DNA of 64,000 nt from Octopus sinensis (taxonomy: Eukaryota), in the NCBI RefSeq assembly GCF_006345805.1, contig NC_043004.1:57226001-57290000 (forward strand). The letters run 5' to 3'. The notes under the pieces were generated by a model. It searched no databases. It was not told the DNA's origin and was given only the letters and a program-made list of their open reading frames with translations. Below, in pieces: positions 12,400-25,400 of the stretch (its first letter is position 1; each line of letters starts with the position of its first letter). Both the position numbers and the translations under genes were made by a program.

Positions 12400-12960
12400 T
12401 TTTCCTCTATTCTTTATTCCTCTCTTCTTGTTTTCGATTTGACCTTACAAATACATCCCCTACTTTTAGGTTAATTTAAATAAAACCCTCGATTCTATAG
12501 CACTGTGTACAAACTCCAAACTTGGAATGGCCAATTTTAAGTACTATTGGAATCTACTCACAAGGTATTGGAATCTTATATGTATACCATTCTGCCTAAA
12601 TAATGGATCTATAAATGCAATATCCCTGCATATCTCACATCTATTTTCATTCCTCCACTTCACTCTCTATTTCATATCTTATCTAAATTAGCTATTGCTT
12701 AACCATTTTCTCACACCGTCTCCGGTGAAGGGATATAATAATTATCCCGGAAAGAGCTGTAAGACCTATTTCTAAATGTTCTAAAATCTTCACAGCCTTG
12801 GTGTTTTTTATCGTATTCTGGAAAAAAATGATATATAAACATGCTGACATATGACCTACATTGGACTCCTCATTCGCATAATCACCGAACGTGGAGCTTA
12901 ACTATGGTCTGTCCATAGCACTTAGTCAGCATTACCTTTGGGTCCTTTTGACACCAGTAC
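12400..12960 (+). mobile_element. Penelope-like element remnant with a degenerate hammerhead motif at 12718-12765
   Basis: GTCT-CCGGTGA-A-GGGATA..TATCCC-G-GAAA-GAGCTG-TA-AGAC. Downstream sequence resembles 15056-15120. Boundaries approximate. Confidence 0.55.
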
Positions 12961-12977
12961 CGCTCATAACCTATATA

Positions 12978-13023
<46 letters not shown>

Positions 13024-13116
13024 AATGAATACAAGATTAAGCTTAAATAATAAACTGCGATAGGTAAACCATAATATGGCGAGAGATTACTGTATCTATC
13101 TATCTATCTATCGATC

Positions 13117-13158
<42 letters not shown>

Positions 13159-13719
13159 CAGATCGTCGTCGACTTACGACCGATCGATTTTACGACGATT
13201 GGCGCGCCAGCTCTCGGTAGAAATAAGAAATTGTCCAGTTGAAATCTCACGAGTTTAATTTCTTTAACTGATAAGCACTCATGTGATCTACAGTTATAGC
13301 AAAGCAGTCTAATACGGGGGAATATAAGCCCTCAACAGGAAAAAAAAAGGTTTTCCCGTACACGTCGGGCTCGAACCTACTTTTTTCTGTCAAGTTATAG
13401 TATTAGACTATTTCCTTTAGTCATTGTGCAGTGATAGCTTATAAGCTTCAAGCTTATAAATACTATTATTATTTACTGAATTGTAAAAATCGACACTGCT
13501 TAACGCACTGAAAGTACATGAAAGTTTGTTTACAAAAACAACTACTATTACTTATAGCTCTTAAATCTTACAGAAAGAAGCAAGTTGGCACGAGTGTGTA
13601 ACGGTAGCACACTTGATCGTGTAAACAAAAATGTGTCGAGGTCTTATGTGCCCCATTATTAAACTATTTTCTTTAGTCATTATTTGCAGAATTTTAAAAT
13701 CGATGCTGCTTAACAAAAC

Positions 13720-13762
<43 letters not shown>

Positions 13763-14545
13763 ATTGTGTGCATAAAAGCAGAACTATAGATGTATATAAA
13801 TAAATCATTAATGCATATTTGAAACGTTTTGTATTATATATGAGTGGCTGTATGTTGAATATCTAAACTTGTGTTGTGTTCCCTCTCTTGTTTAATTTTA
13901 CTACCATTGGCGCCAGTGAGAAACATCCCAGTTTTCACTCTTCTCTCTTCCTATCCACCTTTCTCTCTTTCCCTCTCCCCTCTCTCTCTCACTTTTTCTC
14001 TCGCCATGTCGTGCACGCCACACAATAATGTCAGTCATACTTGACAAAGACATCGTTTTCTCATGAGTTGCAAAGTCGATGAAGATTAGGACAATCATAA
14101 ACGTAATTTTCAAAACAACGCCACATGCTAAAGAGAAAAATCCGTCTCCAGTTAACAGGTTCGCTATGACTGATTGGTTATGTACACAGTTATAAACAAA
14201 CATATTTACTCCATTTCATAAACTTCTATGCGGAATTTAATCAAAAGGAATCGAATTCATCATATCACACACCCTGACTAACCCACACCACAAACGGAGA
14301 AACTTACACTTAGAAATATTTATCTGTGTGAATATATAGGAATATGCATGCATACATATATATATATAAGTAAATATATAAGGCTATGTAAGAAATACGG
14401 AAGGACCGCTATTAAACTCCCGGTTCGATAATGGTATAGCTGAGGATTCTAATTCGGGTCGTGTGCGAGCGTGTATATGTTAAATAAATGAGACTACAAA
14501 ACCAAAGCAGTGTGAAATTTCTAGGATGTTTATAATGAGAAAGGT

Positions 14546-14595
14546 AGTCTTACAGCTGTTTCAGGTATATAAAAGATATCCCATCATCAGAGATA
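14546..14595 (-). ncRNA. Minimal type I hammerhead ribozyme motif, intact core
   Basis: Minus strand reads TATCT-CTGATGA-TGGGATATCTTTTATATACCT-GAAA-CAGCTG-TA-AGACT. Stem I is only 3 bp and stem III is palindromic. Confidence 0.6.
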
Positions 14596-15008
14596 ATAGG
14601 AGAGAATTAAATAGAAGGAAATAGTAGAATTCAACATAAGAAGTTATTTTGGAAAGGGAGAGATATAAGAAGTATACAAGGAAAAAATTTTAAATAGAAA
14701 AATAATCGAGGGAATAAAAAAGGAAATACGAGAATAACATAAAAAATTTAAATAATATAAAACAATTATAAAATAATAAAAAAATTCATCCAAGGAAATA
14801 TGATAATAAAACAATAAAAGGATATAAACATGTTTAAATTATTTAAAAAATATGAGAATAAAAAGATTTATACTCATATTTCCTTGTATATTTTTTTTAT
14901 TCTCACTTTTTCTCATTTTTTTGTATACTTTTTTATATCACTCCATTTCCGAAATAACTTCTTATATGGAACCCTACTATTTCCTTCAAATGTAATTCTC
15001 TCATATAA

Positions 15009-15056
15009 TCTGGGATGATGGGATATCATTTATGTCCCTGAAACAGCTGTAAGACT
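15009..15056 (+). ncRNA. Degenerate copy of the same hammerhead motif (core mutated to GGGATGA)
   Basis: TCT-GGGATGA-T-GGGATAT-CATTT-ATGTCCC-T-GAAA-CAGCTG-TA-AGACT. Confidence 0.5.
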
Positions 15057-15134
15057 ATATTTCTCTTTATAAATGTCTAAGAAATCTCACACTGCCTTGT
15101 CTTTGACTCGTCTTATTTAACACACACACACATA

Positions 15135-15168
<34 letters not shown>

Positions 15169-17260
15169 CGCGCGCGTGCGTGCGTATGTGTGTGTTATAA
15201 CGGCCTCCTTCTCTGTATCCTTGGTCATCGTGTAAATCGTTTGTTGTGTGGGTACAATCATAACGTTTGTGCATTCTAGGGAACAATGAATATTTTACCA
15301 GCCAAAACACAAAATAAATAAACAGCCCTAAGGTCAAATTTGCAGAGTATAACACGTATAGTGTATTCTCGAAATAGTTGTAATCCAATGTCTGTAAAAT
15401 GTAAAATATTAATGTACTAACTTAATGAATTATCGAATATATAGCATCGCCGTAACATGCGGAAAATTATGATATTTATACATCTAGTATTCTCTTGTAT
15501 TTATCGTCAAATGCTTTGTACTGAATATATAATGACAACGCATGGAGACGATTGTATACATGTGGTGAAGGAAATTTCCTACAATTTCAAAATGAGACCA
15601 ATTCGTGATGTAGAATTATACGTTTTGCAAAACATAAAGTATTTGCATCTAATCGAGGTTGATAAATTCTTTCAACTGCTAGTTGGAGTTTTAATGAACC
15701 ATCTTCAGATGTTTCTTCCACAACCACATGTTTACTCTTTATCGATATCACCTTATGTTTCTAAGTTTATGTAAATGATTGAAGTTGACAAATATCCCTC
15801 CTACTTGATTTTTATTATCAAGCTTTGACAAATACAACAGCGATTTACATCTTCCCGTTCGAATCTTCCGGGTATACGAGGCGTCGCTTTAAACTTCACT
15901 CTTCACCATAAATTGATTATTCATTATCTTTTGGCAGATATAAGCACGGCTAAGGGAAGAGATTCATTTTAGATTTTGGTTGACGAGTCACATGCCGATA
16001 TACCGTTATACAAGGTTTCCTAGAACTGATAAATGAAGTATGTTACGAACACATATTCATCATAAAGGAAAAGCTATTCTCCTGTCACGAACGCAACATT
16101 GAATAGCATATTCACGCTCGAATGTGCAGTAACGTATAATAAATGAATATGCAAGTAATGCTTTTGAACTACGTTGTTTCTCTTGCTTAGGACGAGTTAT
16201 TATTATATCGCTCCTGGGAAGAAAATACAAACCACCTGCCCTATTACTATGGCATTTAACCGCTTCTGTTTCCAATTATACAGTAGTATATACAAATGAA
16301 TATTATGAAAATTCAAGCTTAATTATTGACATTTGCATATTTTTAAAATTATTTTCCCCGCTATGATTTGGCAAATTATTGTATCACTGATTAACTCGAT
16401 AAGTTAAATACCGTAAATTATATAGAAAATAGCACCTCATCCAAGCATATTCCTTTCCTGCAACAGATCATGGTTTGTGATAACTTGTTTGAAAACCAGG
16501 TGCTTAAGATTACTATCATATTCAATGCTGTGTTTTGAAATAATTATTAAATACACACTAAAAGCGAATTAATCTAGATTCAATGAACAATGAAGGAAAT
16601 TAAAATTGATTTTCATGTAGAACCCAAGCATATTTACTCGCACACACATTTACACACGCCCAGACATAGAGAGAAACGCACACATACACAGAGGCACATA
16701 GACACACACGCACATATGTACAGACAAGCACATACAATGTTTGCTTGTTTGTGTGTGCATTTGTGTATCTGTTTGCGTTCGTGTATGTCTGTGCGTGTAT
16801 GTGCCAGATATGTGGCATTAACATTAATTTTAGACAATATTAGCCTGACAGAATATGTGATGTGATTGTATGCATGAACAACAAGCACTGTCTATTGAAT
16901 GTGGGCTTCCATTGTTTCGATCTACAGTTTCACTCACAAGTTATGTGTTGCTTTGCAAATATAGAAAATGACAGACATCTATAAATCTATGCTATGACAT
17001 GAAACTCATGACCTCGTGTTTGCAAAGTGAACATGAAGCTTCTGAAATATTAGGACATTCTCACGCACACAGCAACATACACAAACACACATATGGTTCA
17101 AATGAACAAAAAATACAGGACAGTGGCAGGTGAGGGAACAACAAGCATGGTATATTTGACATGCATGATGTAAAGAAAACGGAGAAAGGAAAAAAAAACG
17201 TGTTTAGATTAACGGTATTACATGGAGGTAAAAAATATATGTATTCATATATATATATAT

Positions 17261-17487
17261 TTCTTTACTACCCACAAGGGGCTAAACATAGAAGGGACAA
17301 ACAAGGACAGACAAAGAGATTTAGTCGTTTACATCGACTCAGTGTGAAACTGGTACTTTATTTATCGACCCCGAGAGGATGAAAGGCAAAGTCGACCTCG
17401 GCGGTATTTGAACTAAGAACGTAAAGACAGACGAAATACCGCTAAGCATTTCGCCCGGCGCGCTAACGTTTCTGCCAGCACGCCGCC
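17261..17487 (-). mobile_element. tRNA-derived SINE family B, tail type 1
   Basis: Head GGCGGCGTGCTGGCAGAAACGTTAGC...GTTCAAATACCGCCGAGGTCGAC. Flanks TTCATATATATATATAT on both sides are a possible TSD. Confidence 0.88.
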
Positions 17488-18059
17488 TTTTCATATATAT
17501 ATATATATATATATAAATTCACCATACCTTCATCATGCTAACCGCAAATTGGGATAAAAACACATCTTTCACACCTCAACAATCTGAAAGAAAGATCATG
17601 TTGTAGAAATATCACGCTGTAGAAATGTTAGATTATAACGCAGATTCATGCGTTTATTCATGCACGTCGTACAAGACGATAGTTTAATAAGAAAGAACAG
17701 GAAATTATTCATCATGTGATTGGATACCACCCAGAAACAAGATTTTAGTTAACTCATTGAAAACATTATTATGACAAGCCAACAATGAAACTAATAATAC
17801 AAACAGCACTCAAGCATTCTTTACATCCAGTGCGATCATCTTAAAATTAATACACATAGTAATGTCCTTAGATAGACTATGTGTGCAATACTAAAAAATA
17901 AATTTTGAGTGTCATACATCAATTGCAGTTCAGCATAGAGGTACAGGATTATGGCTGACTCACCGCTAAGCAATTTCAACGTTATCAATACACATGGAAT
18001 ATCCACCTAGCGTATGGTCGCACATGTTATTTTGTTGGGAGTTCTTAGTAGACTCAATA

Positions 18060-18340
18060 ACAGTATCGATTGGATTAACACATGCACCAAGAGCGATCAA
18101 TCATAGAACGTCCATCATTAAACAGAGGAAATTGAAAGGCGTCAGAGTCATCTTTCATTTTCCGAAAGTGAAAATTAAAAAGATTTTTATAAAATATATG
18201 GTCAAAGATTACCAACTTTATATTAGATTAGCGGGAAGCATGGAGCCTGTTTGCAATTAATGTGCTTCATAAAAGAAGAATTATCAGTAACGTAGTGTTG
18301 CAAGAAAGAAATATGGATTTCCCTAAAAGACACAGACGAC
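18060..18340 (+). mobile_element. Highly decayed hAT-like transposase C-terminal fragment
   Basis: EEIERRQSHL...KDFYKIYGQRLPTLY*ISGK resembles the hAT dimerisation domain; several stops. Confidence 0.4.
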
Positions 18341-18433
18341 CGTTCACTTAGATATTTTTTTTACTCAAATAGCTTCTAATTTTACTGTTTTCTCCAAACG
18401 ATATGTTCATTCGTGTTCACGCGTAACTATTGT

Positions 18434-18469
<36 letters not shown>

Positions 18470-18594
18470 ATATATATTATATAGAGGGCATTATTACACA
18501 TAAATGCCTCACACTGAGAGGGACATAAGTCATTACTACCAAAAATTTCACTAATTATACCCAATGCAGTTTTTCAAAGCAAGACATTTAATTT

Positions 18595-18661
18595 AGTCCT
18601 ATATCACCTGTGATTTCGCACTCACCGCATAAAAAATGCGTCTATGCTCATCGGTAGAACT
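18595..18661 (-). ncRNA. Second copy of the type I hammerhead candidate
   Basis: Same fold on the minus strand, with a better basal stem II (GCAT/GTGC) plus the inner hairpin CGCAT/ATGCG. Confidence 0.7.
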
Positions 18662-19092
18662 GATTCTGAACACATCATAGATAAACGACCAACTCCGTCG
18701 AAGTCGAACAGACAACTGCATTGGGTATGATTAGTGAAATTTTTGGTAGTAATGACTTATGTCCCTCTTAGTGTGAGGCATTTATGTGTAATAATGCCCT
18801 CTATATAATATAAATTAATATGTTCAAAAGGAAAAAAATTATTTTCGAATTTTTTCTCTTATGAGGTTTTTCACGCTAACTACCTGATAATTTCTTGTTA
18901 AGATTCCTTATTAAGAAGTTATCCTTAATTGTTAAATTTATTCCGAAAAACCTTTTTCTATCCGAAATGCAGTTCGAAAAAGCCCGCCATTTACCGAATA
19001 TATGATTTATAAACATCTCCATGTGCTTCGTTGGAGAGAGCAGTTGCCTGTTCGACTTCGACGGTGTTGGTCGTTTATTTATGATGTGTTCA

Positions 19093-19170
19093 GAATCAGT
19101 TCTACCGATGAGCATAGACGCATTTTTTATGCGGTGAGCGCGAAATCACAGGTGATATAGGACTAAATTC
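19093..19170 (+). ncRNA. Type I hammerhead ribozyme candidate (U4C core variant, AUA cleavage triplet)
   Basis: Stem I AGTTCTA/TAGGACT; core CCGATGA 19105-19111; stem II 19112-19141; GAAA 19142-19145; stem III TCA-CAGG-TGA; TA at 19156-19157. Confidence 0.7.
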
Positions 19171-19412
19171 ATTTTTTAAATGTCTTGCTTTGAAAAACTG
19201 CATTGGGTAAGATTAGTGAAATTTTTGGTAGTAATGACTTATGCCCGTCTTAGTGTGAGGCATTTATGTGTAATAATGCCCTCTATATAATATAAATTAA
19301 TATGTTCAAAAGAAAAAAATTATTTTCGAATGTTTTCTCTTATGAGGTTTTTCACGCTAACTACCTGATAATTTCTTGTTAAGATTCCTTATTAAGAAGT
19401 TATCCTTAATTG

Positions 19413-19547
<135 letters not shown>

Positions 19548-19564
19548 ATATATGTATATATATA

Positions 19565-19637
<73 letters not shown>

Positions 19638-19739
19638 GTATGTATCATCACAGTTATATACATCCTCAGATATATTTAATCTCAAAATAGTGGCGCAGAT
19701 AATAATGATTAAATGGAGTAGGAGGAGAAATATCTGGAA

Positions 19740-20130
19740 ATCAATCATTACAAGATGACCGCATTAACCGAGATGTGTATCTTTTCCACCATTTATTCAC
19801 AACGTATTTGGTACAATTTTCATCGTGGTATACATTTTTATTTCTATCGTGATAATTTAATTTCTCCAAATAGTTTCTTTTTACATATGGTTGCTTGTAT
19901 TTTCCCAACAGATTAGAATCGTTTATATACAAAATAATTGAAGCATCAGCGAGTTGTAGTTTAGTCAGTCTCGTCTCGATTTATAACCAAAAGATATTTC
20001 TGTTACAGCTCCCTTAGCGCCACACATATTCATTGATGAATGCAAGAATTTCAATGTTCCTAAGAATATACCTTCAGTTATGCTGTTTTTAAGCAATACC
20101 ATTCAGTTGTTAACATGGGACCATTTTCTT
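19740..20130 (-). mobile_element. Decayed DNA transposase fragment, possibly Chapaev/CMC-like
   Basis: Broken frames give ITEGIFLG, NLLGKYKQ and DENC...KRY, loosely recalling the EGIFVGPQ / NLL..Y / DEHGERFHQD..MEKRY family. Confidence 0.3.
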
Positions 20131-20236
20131 CTTGAGTCACTTGGCCTTAGCCAACACTGATACCCTGCAGATACGATAAAGTCGGTTCATGATATATGTG
20201 TGTGTACGTGTGTGCACACACACACACACAGACGCA

Positions 20237-20286
<50 letters not shown>

Positions 20287-20365
20287 TGTGTGTATATATA
20301 TATATGTACATATATATGTGTGTGTATATATATATATATATATTATATATATATATATATATATA

Positions 20366-20815
20366 TTGTGTCATCCCATAAATAATGCGCTTGTATTATA
20401 CATTTATTTTTGAAAATTTAGATTTAAAAATAAGTTTTTAATCTAAAATATACTCTCCTTCATTTTCTACAATATTCCTCGATCTCTCTTGTGCCCTTTC
20501 AAGGCCTCTTTTCCAAAATTCACTTGTGCTTGACGAAAAATACTCCCCCAGTAAAGTTCTGATCTTGTCTAGAGAATTCCTTTTTTTTCAGTCCAAATGA
20601 TTCTTAAGACTGTGGAGTAAATGAGAATCAGATGGGGCAATATCCGGCGAATATTTTAGGTGGGGCATAGTTTCCCATTCAAACTGATCCAGCCTTTGGG
20701 ATGTCATACTCGCTGTATGTGCACAAGCATTATCCTGATGGAAGAATATCTTTAGTCTTTGAAACTAAAGATGGTCGTTGTCGTTCTGGCACTGACTTCA
20801 ATGACTGGTTGAATG
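20366..20815 (-). mobile_element. Decayed mariner 3' fragment of a second family
   Basis: Minus strand HQDNACAHTASMTSQRLDQFEWETMPHLKYSPDIAPSDSHLLHSLKNHL. TIR-like TTGTGTCATCCCATAAATAATGCG next to TA at 20364-20365. Confidence 0.8.
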
Positions 20816-20874
<59 letters not shown>

Positions 20875-21479
20875 ATCTAAAAAAGCTATGTTAATTGTAT
20901 TTGAAAACGAAAATGCAACAAGAACTTAGTACTGCGAGCATGAAACTCATGTCAACTGCTTTCCAGTGACAACACTAAGGAGGAATTCTATAGAAATTCA
21001 CTTTTTATTTGCAATACATAGTTTAATCGTTGGACTCTTTCTTCATCTGTAAAATGAAATAGCAGATTATTACTTGCATTGAAAGATTTATAACTGGGAT
21101 TAAATGTACGTTTTCTGAATCATTTTACGTGAACATGAGCACGGATGGGGTTCTGAGAATGCAACCAAAGGGCAGAAATGATATTCTCTAGGAATAATAT
21201 TTTTTTGTGAATTATGCTCAATCTAAGATAAAGATAATAGTTTTGGCTTCGATTGATGGACATGGCTTCAGATATGTCATACCTATTTCATAGGAAAACT
21301 TTCGGCATAAATTTGTTTTAATGATCTATTTTGAACCGATTTCCAATCAGTTTTCTAGACGCTCATGCGCAATAGGCTTTATATTTGGACCTTACATTGT
21401 TATTTCTACAATGGTATTACCAGAAGAAACCGTTATCGTGAAATAAACATAGTAAATATTCAATGACATTAGTGAAGAT

Positions 21480-21880
21480 TTTGTTCTGGTCGTTGTCGTA
21501 ACAGGTTGAGGTTTCTTCTGGGCGCGCTTTGGTCCTCCGCAGGATAGTGGATGACGGGTATACCATCTTGGTGAATATTCAACGCGCTGTGGGTTAATAC
21601 TAGTCTGAAAACTACCCGGGAGACCTACCCAACTAGGGTTATCCCACCAGAGCAAAGCTCCAGACGATAACATTTTCTCAGGCCTACGAAAACCACAAGC
21701 TCCCTGAACGTGTCAAGGCCAGACCCACAAGGTTAGAAAGGGGCGATAGGGCGCAGTGGTGGACCTATTCGACTCTAGGCATTATGGCGCCTCCGGGACA
21801 ACTAACTTAGAATGACTCCAGCCCAATCAAACATGAACATGTAACCAAGCTAGAAAATCAGTACACAATGGTAGTATTTT
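21480..21880 (+). mobile_element. Probable RTE-type LINE 5' region
   Basis: GC-rich island with CCCACCAGAGCAAAGCTCCAGACG, recalled as typical of RTE 5' UTRs, followed by a broken KIST-like start of an endonuclease. Confidence 0.4.
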
Positions 21881-22418
21881 TGGTTACAGATATTTTAAAC
21901 TATTTTCGTTTGTAATTCTTTCGTTATTGAAAAGATTTCCTCCGATTTGAAGTTCCTGGTGTATTACATGATACACATATTGGCTTATCGTGTTGCATTA
22001 TGTGAAGTATTATGCCACACCGTCAATTTCTCGAGGGTAACACAGTTTAATATCGTGACATTTGTACCAACTGACATAACAATTTCCCAATTTCAACATT
22101 TTCCTGTCTGTACAAAATATATCATAGTTTTCTTTTGTGTACCTCTGCATCATTTGTGTCTGTACTTAGATACATTTCTCCAAATATTATGTATATTGTT
22201 TGATTACATGTGAAAATATCCTTCCGATATGAAATTTTACTTTTGCTGCTCTCCTCTGAGAACCCTCTAGTATTCAATAATATAACTGGTGTTATGTATT
22301 TTGTTAGTATGCACTGATTTCGCAATTCCATTTATGACGAAGTCATATGCCACGCTATATTTAGTTGCCGAACTATTCTTGAATAGTCCTTTCTATTTAT
22401 TAATCTGTCCATATATAC

Positions 22419-22452
<34 letters not shown>

Positions 22453-25400
22453 CTGTGTGTGTGTGTGCGTGTGGGTATACATAGATGTGTATTTGTATGC
22501 ATTTGATTATCTATATAATTATTTATGGGTATATTCATATGTACATCTGTGTATACACACACATGCACACATATATCTGCATGTGTATACAATACTACCT
22601 ATGCTGGTGATTATACAGATAACTATAAATCTATGCTCGATTACGATTACTTAAAAATTTTAACTATCAGAGCATCTAATACAGTTATACAATGAAATAT
22701 CTAGTATATTGTTGGTTAATATGAATGCAAAATGTACGTCCGTTCTACTAACGGAATGGTAGAGCTCAATACAAAGCTGCAGTATGGCCAGATAATTGCT
22801 ACTATAATCTAAATTTTATGTGCCATTGATTCTTTGAAGATTGTGCATTTTAAATTAATGGTTTCTACATTCAACATTGTCTTTGTATATCTTGCTTTTA
22901 ACATCTTTAGTTTCGGACACCATTTTTAAAAACATTACTTGAAAGTGTTTAGGTTAATTGGATTCTTTGCCAATAATTTCTTTTTAATGTCGATTCCGTC
23001 TCGCTAGCTATCTTGGAAATTGTATCAGAGATTCTTGGTTAGCTAATGAAATTAATGTGGCGATGAAATGGAGACGGAGAAAAATAGCAATTTTCCGGAA
23101 ACTTGTCTCAATATCTCTAGTTTTATTATTCGTCAGCGTATTTTTCTTTACACATAATTATAGACGTTTTCCATTGTTGCTGTTTCAAAATAAATCAAAA
23201 ATAGTTTTGCACAACCTACAGAGGCGCTCTTATCTGGAATTATTATTATTATATGTATTTTTTATTGTCATATTCTGTTCAATATATTTCTGCACTATAT
23301 GCCACCAATTACTACCATGTATTACTTGCAATTAATGTTATCAGCATAGCTATCACTTAGTTTACTATAGAATCTCACTTCAGATATTATTGCTGGTGGA
23401 AGAGGAATTTTTATTCCACACTGAATTGCAGTCCTTGGTTGATGGTTTATGAGTTCTTGGTTGATGGTTTATGTGTTTTTTTATAAACTCGAAATTCACT
23501 TACGTTTTCACTGCATTTCAAAATGCTTTACATAGCATATCATCTTATTAGACAATCTTTTTCACGTCAAAAATCATTCTGAATATCATGATTATATTAT
23601 TGTCCTGTTATTTTCTCCCCATAACCTAGAAGATTTAACTCGAATAAATTGTAATACGTTATGTAACAAATAAAACGTAATATTTAAACCGTCATGGAAT
23701 ATATTTTCATAAAACACTCTTAGACGAATTTTCTAAGTTATATATTTTATGGCTGTGAAAGATTTATTAAATTCAGTTGGAGTTATGAAAGGTCTAAATC
23801 ATAATGGAGCATTATAACTTTTGATAATTGATATTGTCTTTCCTGTATAAGATATAAGGAATATGGAAGTGATTTCGTTTACTACTTTCTAATTATTTCC
23901 CACTTACGTGAAGTAACATATGTGTTGTGGCTGTTGTGTAGCATTTAGATCAGCTTTCATCCCACAAAGCGATGTCGAAAGGTTTTCATTGAATAAGGAA
24001 CTTTTATGTAACATTATTTTATCCAACATCGATATTGGACTACATGGTCGAATTTGCCCTTTATTATATCAGATACAAGTTATGTAACTTGAGTTAAATA
24101 TGGTTGCAATTTGTAGGAGGTCCAACGACCATGTAGGGACTGTTTATGCTATCGATTGTGGTTGGATTTTTTAAGAGTATTTGGAACCCTACTATCAGAA
24201 TCAATACACTCAATAAATACACATTATAAGTCTATACACAACGTAAAATACACGTTTATTTCACCATAAATATTCTCACCTAAGGAGGAAACGATTTTAT
24301 GCACTTCCAATAAAAACACTACTTCATTATTGCTGTCTTTCAGTAAATACGCCGACTCACCACTCTATTATATTTATCAATTTATTAATCGACTTATATT
24401 TCAATGTTCTCTTTTTTGTCTATATTTCAATTATGTAATCTTTATAAATTTCTTCTTTAAATATTTTAACTTGCATTTTGATACATGTTATGCAAGAAAA
24501 AGGAACCATTGGTAAAGTTTTCGGTGCATTATGAATTAGTTTCAAATACGTTCGAATGCAATGCCCAATTCGATTATTTTTTCTAGATATCTGTTAACCT
24601 GATATTTTACAATATAGATTTCCCTGTTTAGTTAAGCATGAAATTGTTCTTACTTCTCCATTTTCGTTTGTTTATCAGCGTATAGGACATTGGGTGATAT
24701 ATGTTAATAAATGTCTAAATTTGTTCCAGCTTATAAAGAGCGTGAATGCAATTTCTACGTGTATACATATCTGTATAGCAAAGATCTTCTAATCACCGTT
24801 TATGTGTGGTTTCTATCCAGCGAAATGTCTGCAGTTGTCTCTGCAAGCAACCCATCTCAGCTTGTTTAGTGAGGCGTGTGGCTTCAGAGCATCCTGTAAG
24901 AATACAATAAAAATATACCAGACGGTGAATGCAACCTGAAATGCCAGTAACATGCGTGCGTGAGTGTACGAGCATGTGTCAGTGTACATGCATATATGTG
25001 CGTCTGTATATGTACATGATAGAAGGATTCATTTCTTTTGAAAACAGCGACATTTGTAGTCACTTGGCTTCTTGCCAATATTTGTTTTTATTCCATATTA
25101 AGAATATCAAGCATTTTGTAGCCCTAGTGTCGCACCAGCGTTTTATATTATAACATTTGAATGAACTTGCTCAGCATTTCATCTCTCATTTCCAAGAAAA
25201 AAAAAGGCCTAGAAGATATTGGAAATAGAAATAAGAAGCGGTTATTATGCTTCGTCGATCGTATTATTACGAGTGACTTTGACAAGTCGTTAGCATTACT
25301 CCTATAGTTTCATTACATATGGAGACAGATGCAGTTTGTTGTAGAAATTTGCGATAATCTGGTCACCGTGCATCTTCCTTGAAGAACATTTAGTCTCTGA

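Larger units (their letters stand above)
14471..15128. mobile_element. Diverged inverted pair of Penelope-like terminal repeats
   Basis: About 14471-14735 is a diverged reverse complement of about 14870-15128; both arms carry the hammerhead-like motif. Confidence 0.7.

Noticed and set aside
15535-15560. THGDDCI resembling RdRp motif C
   Set aside because: No motif A or B at the expected distance upstream; a tripeptide match is expected by chance.
24797-24893. Minus-strand exon candidate with a strong acceptor (also a 33-nt candidate near 51845-51877)
   Set aside because: No recognisable peptide and no compatible partner exons; the 24797 donor is also weak. Within chance expectation.
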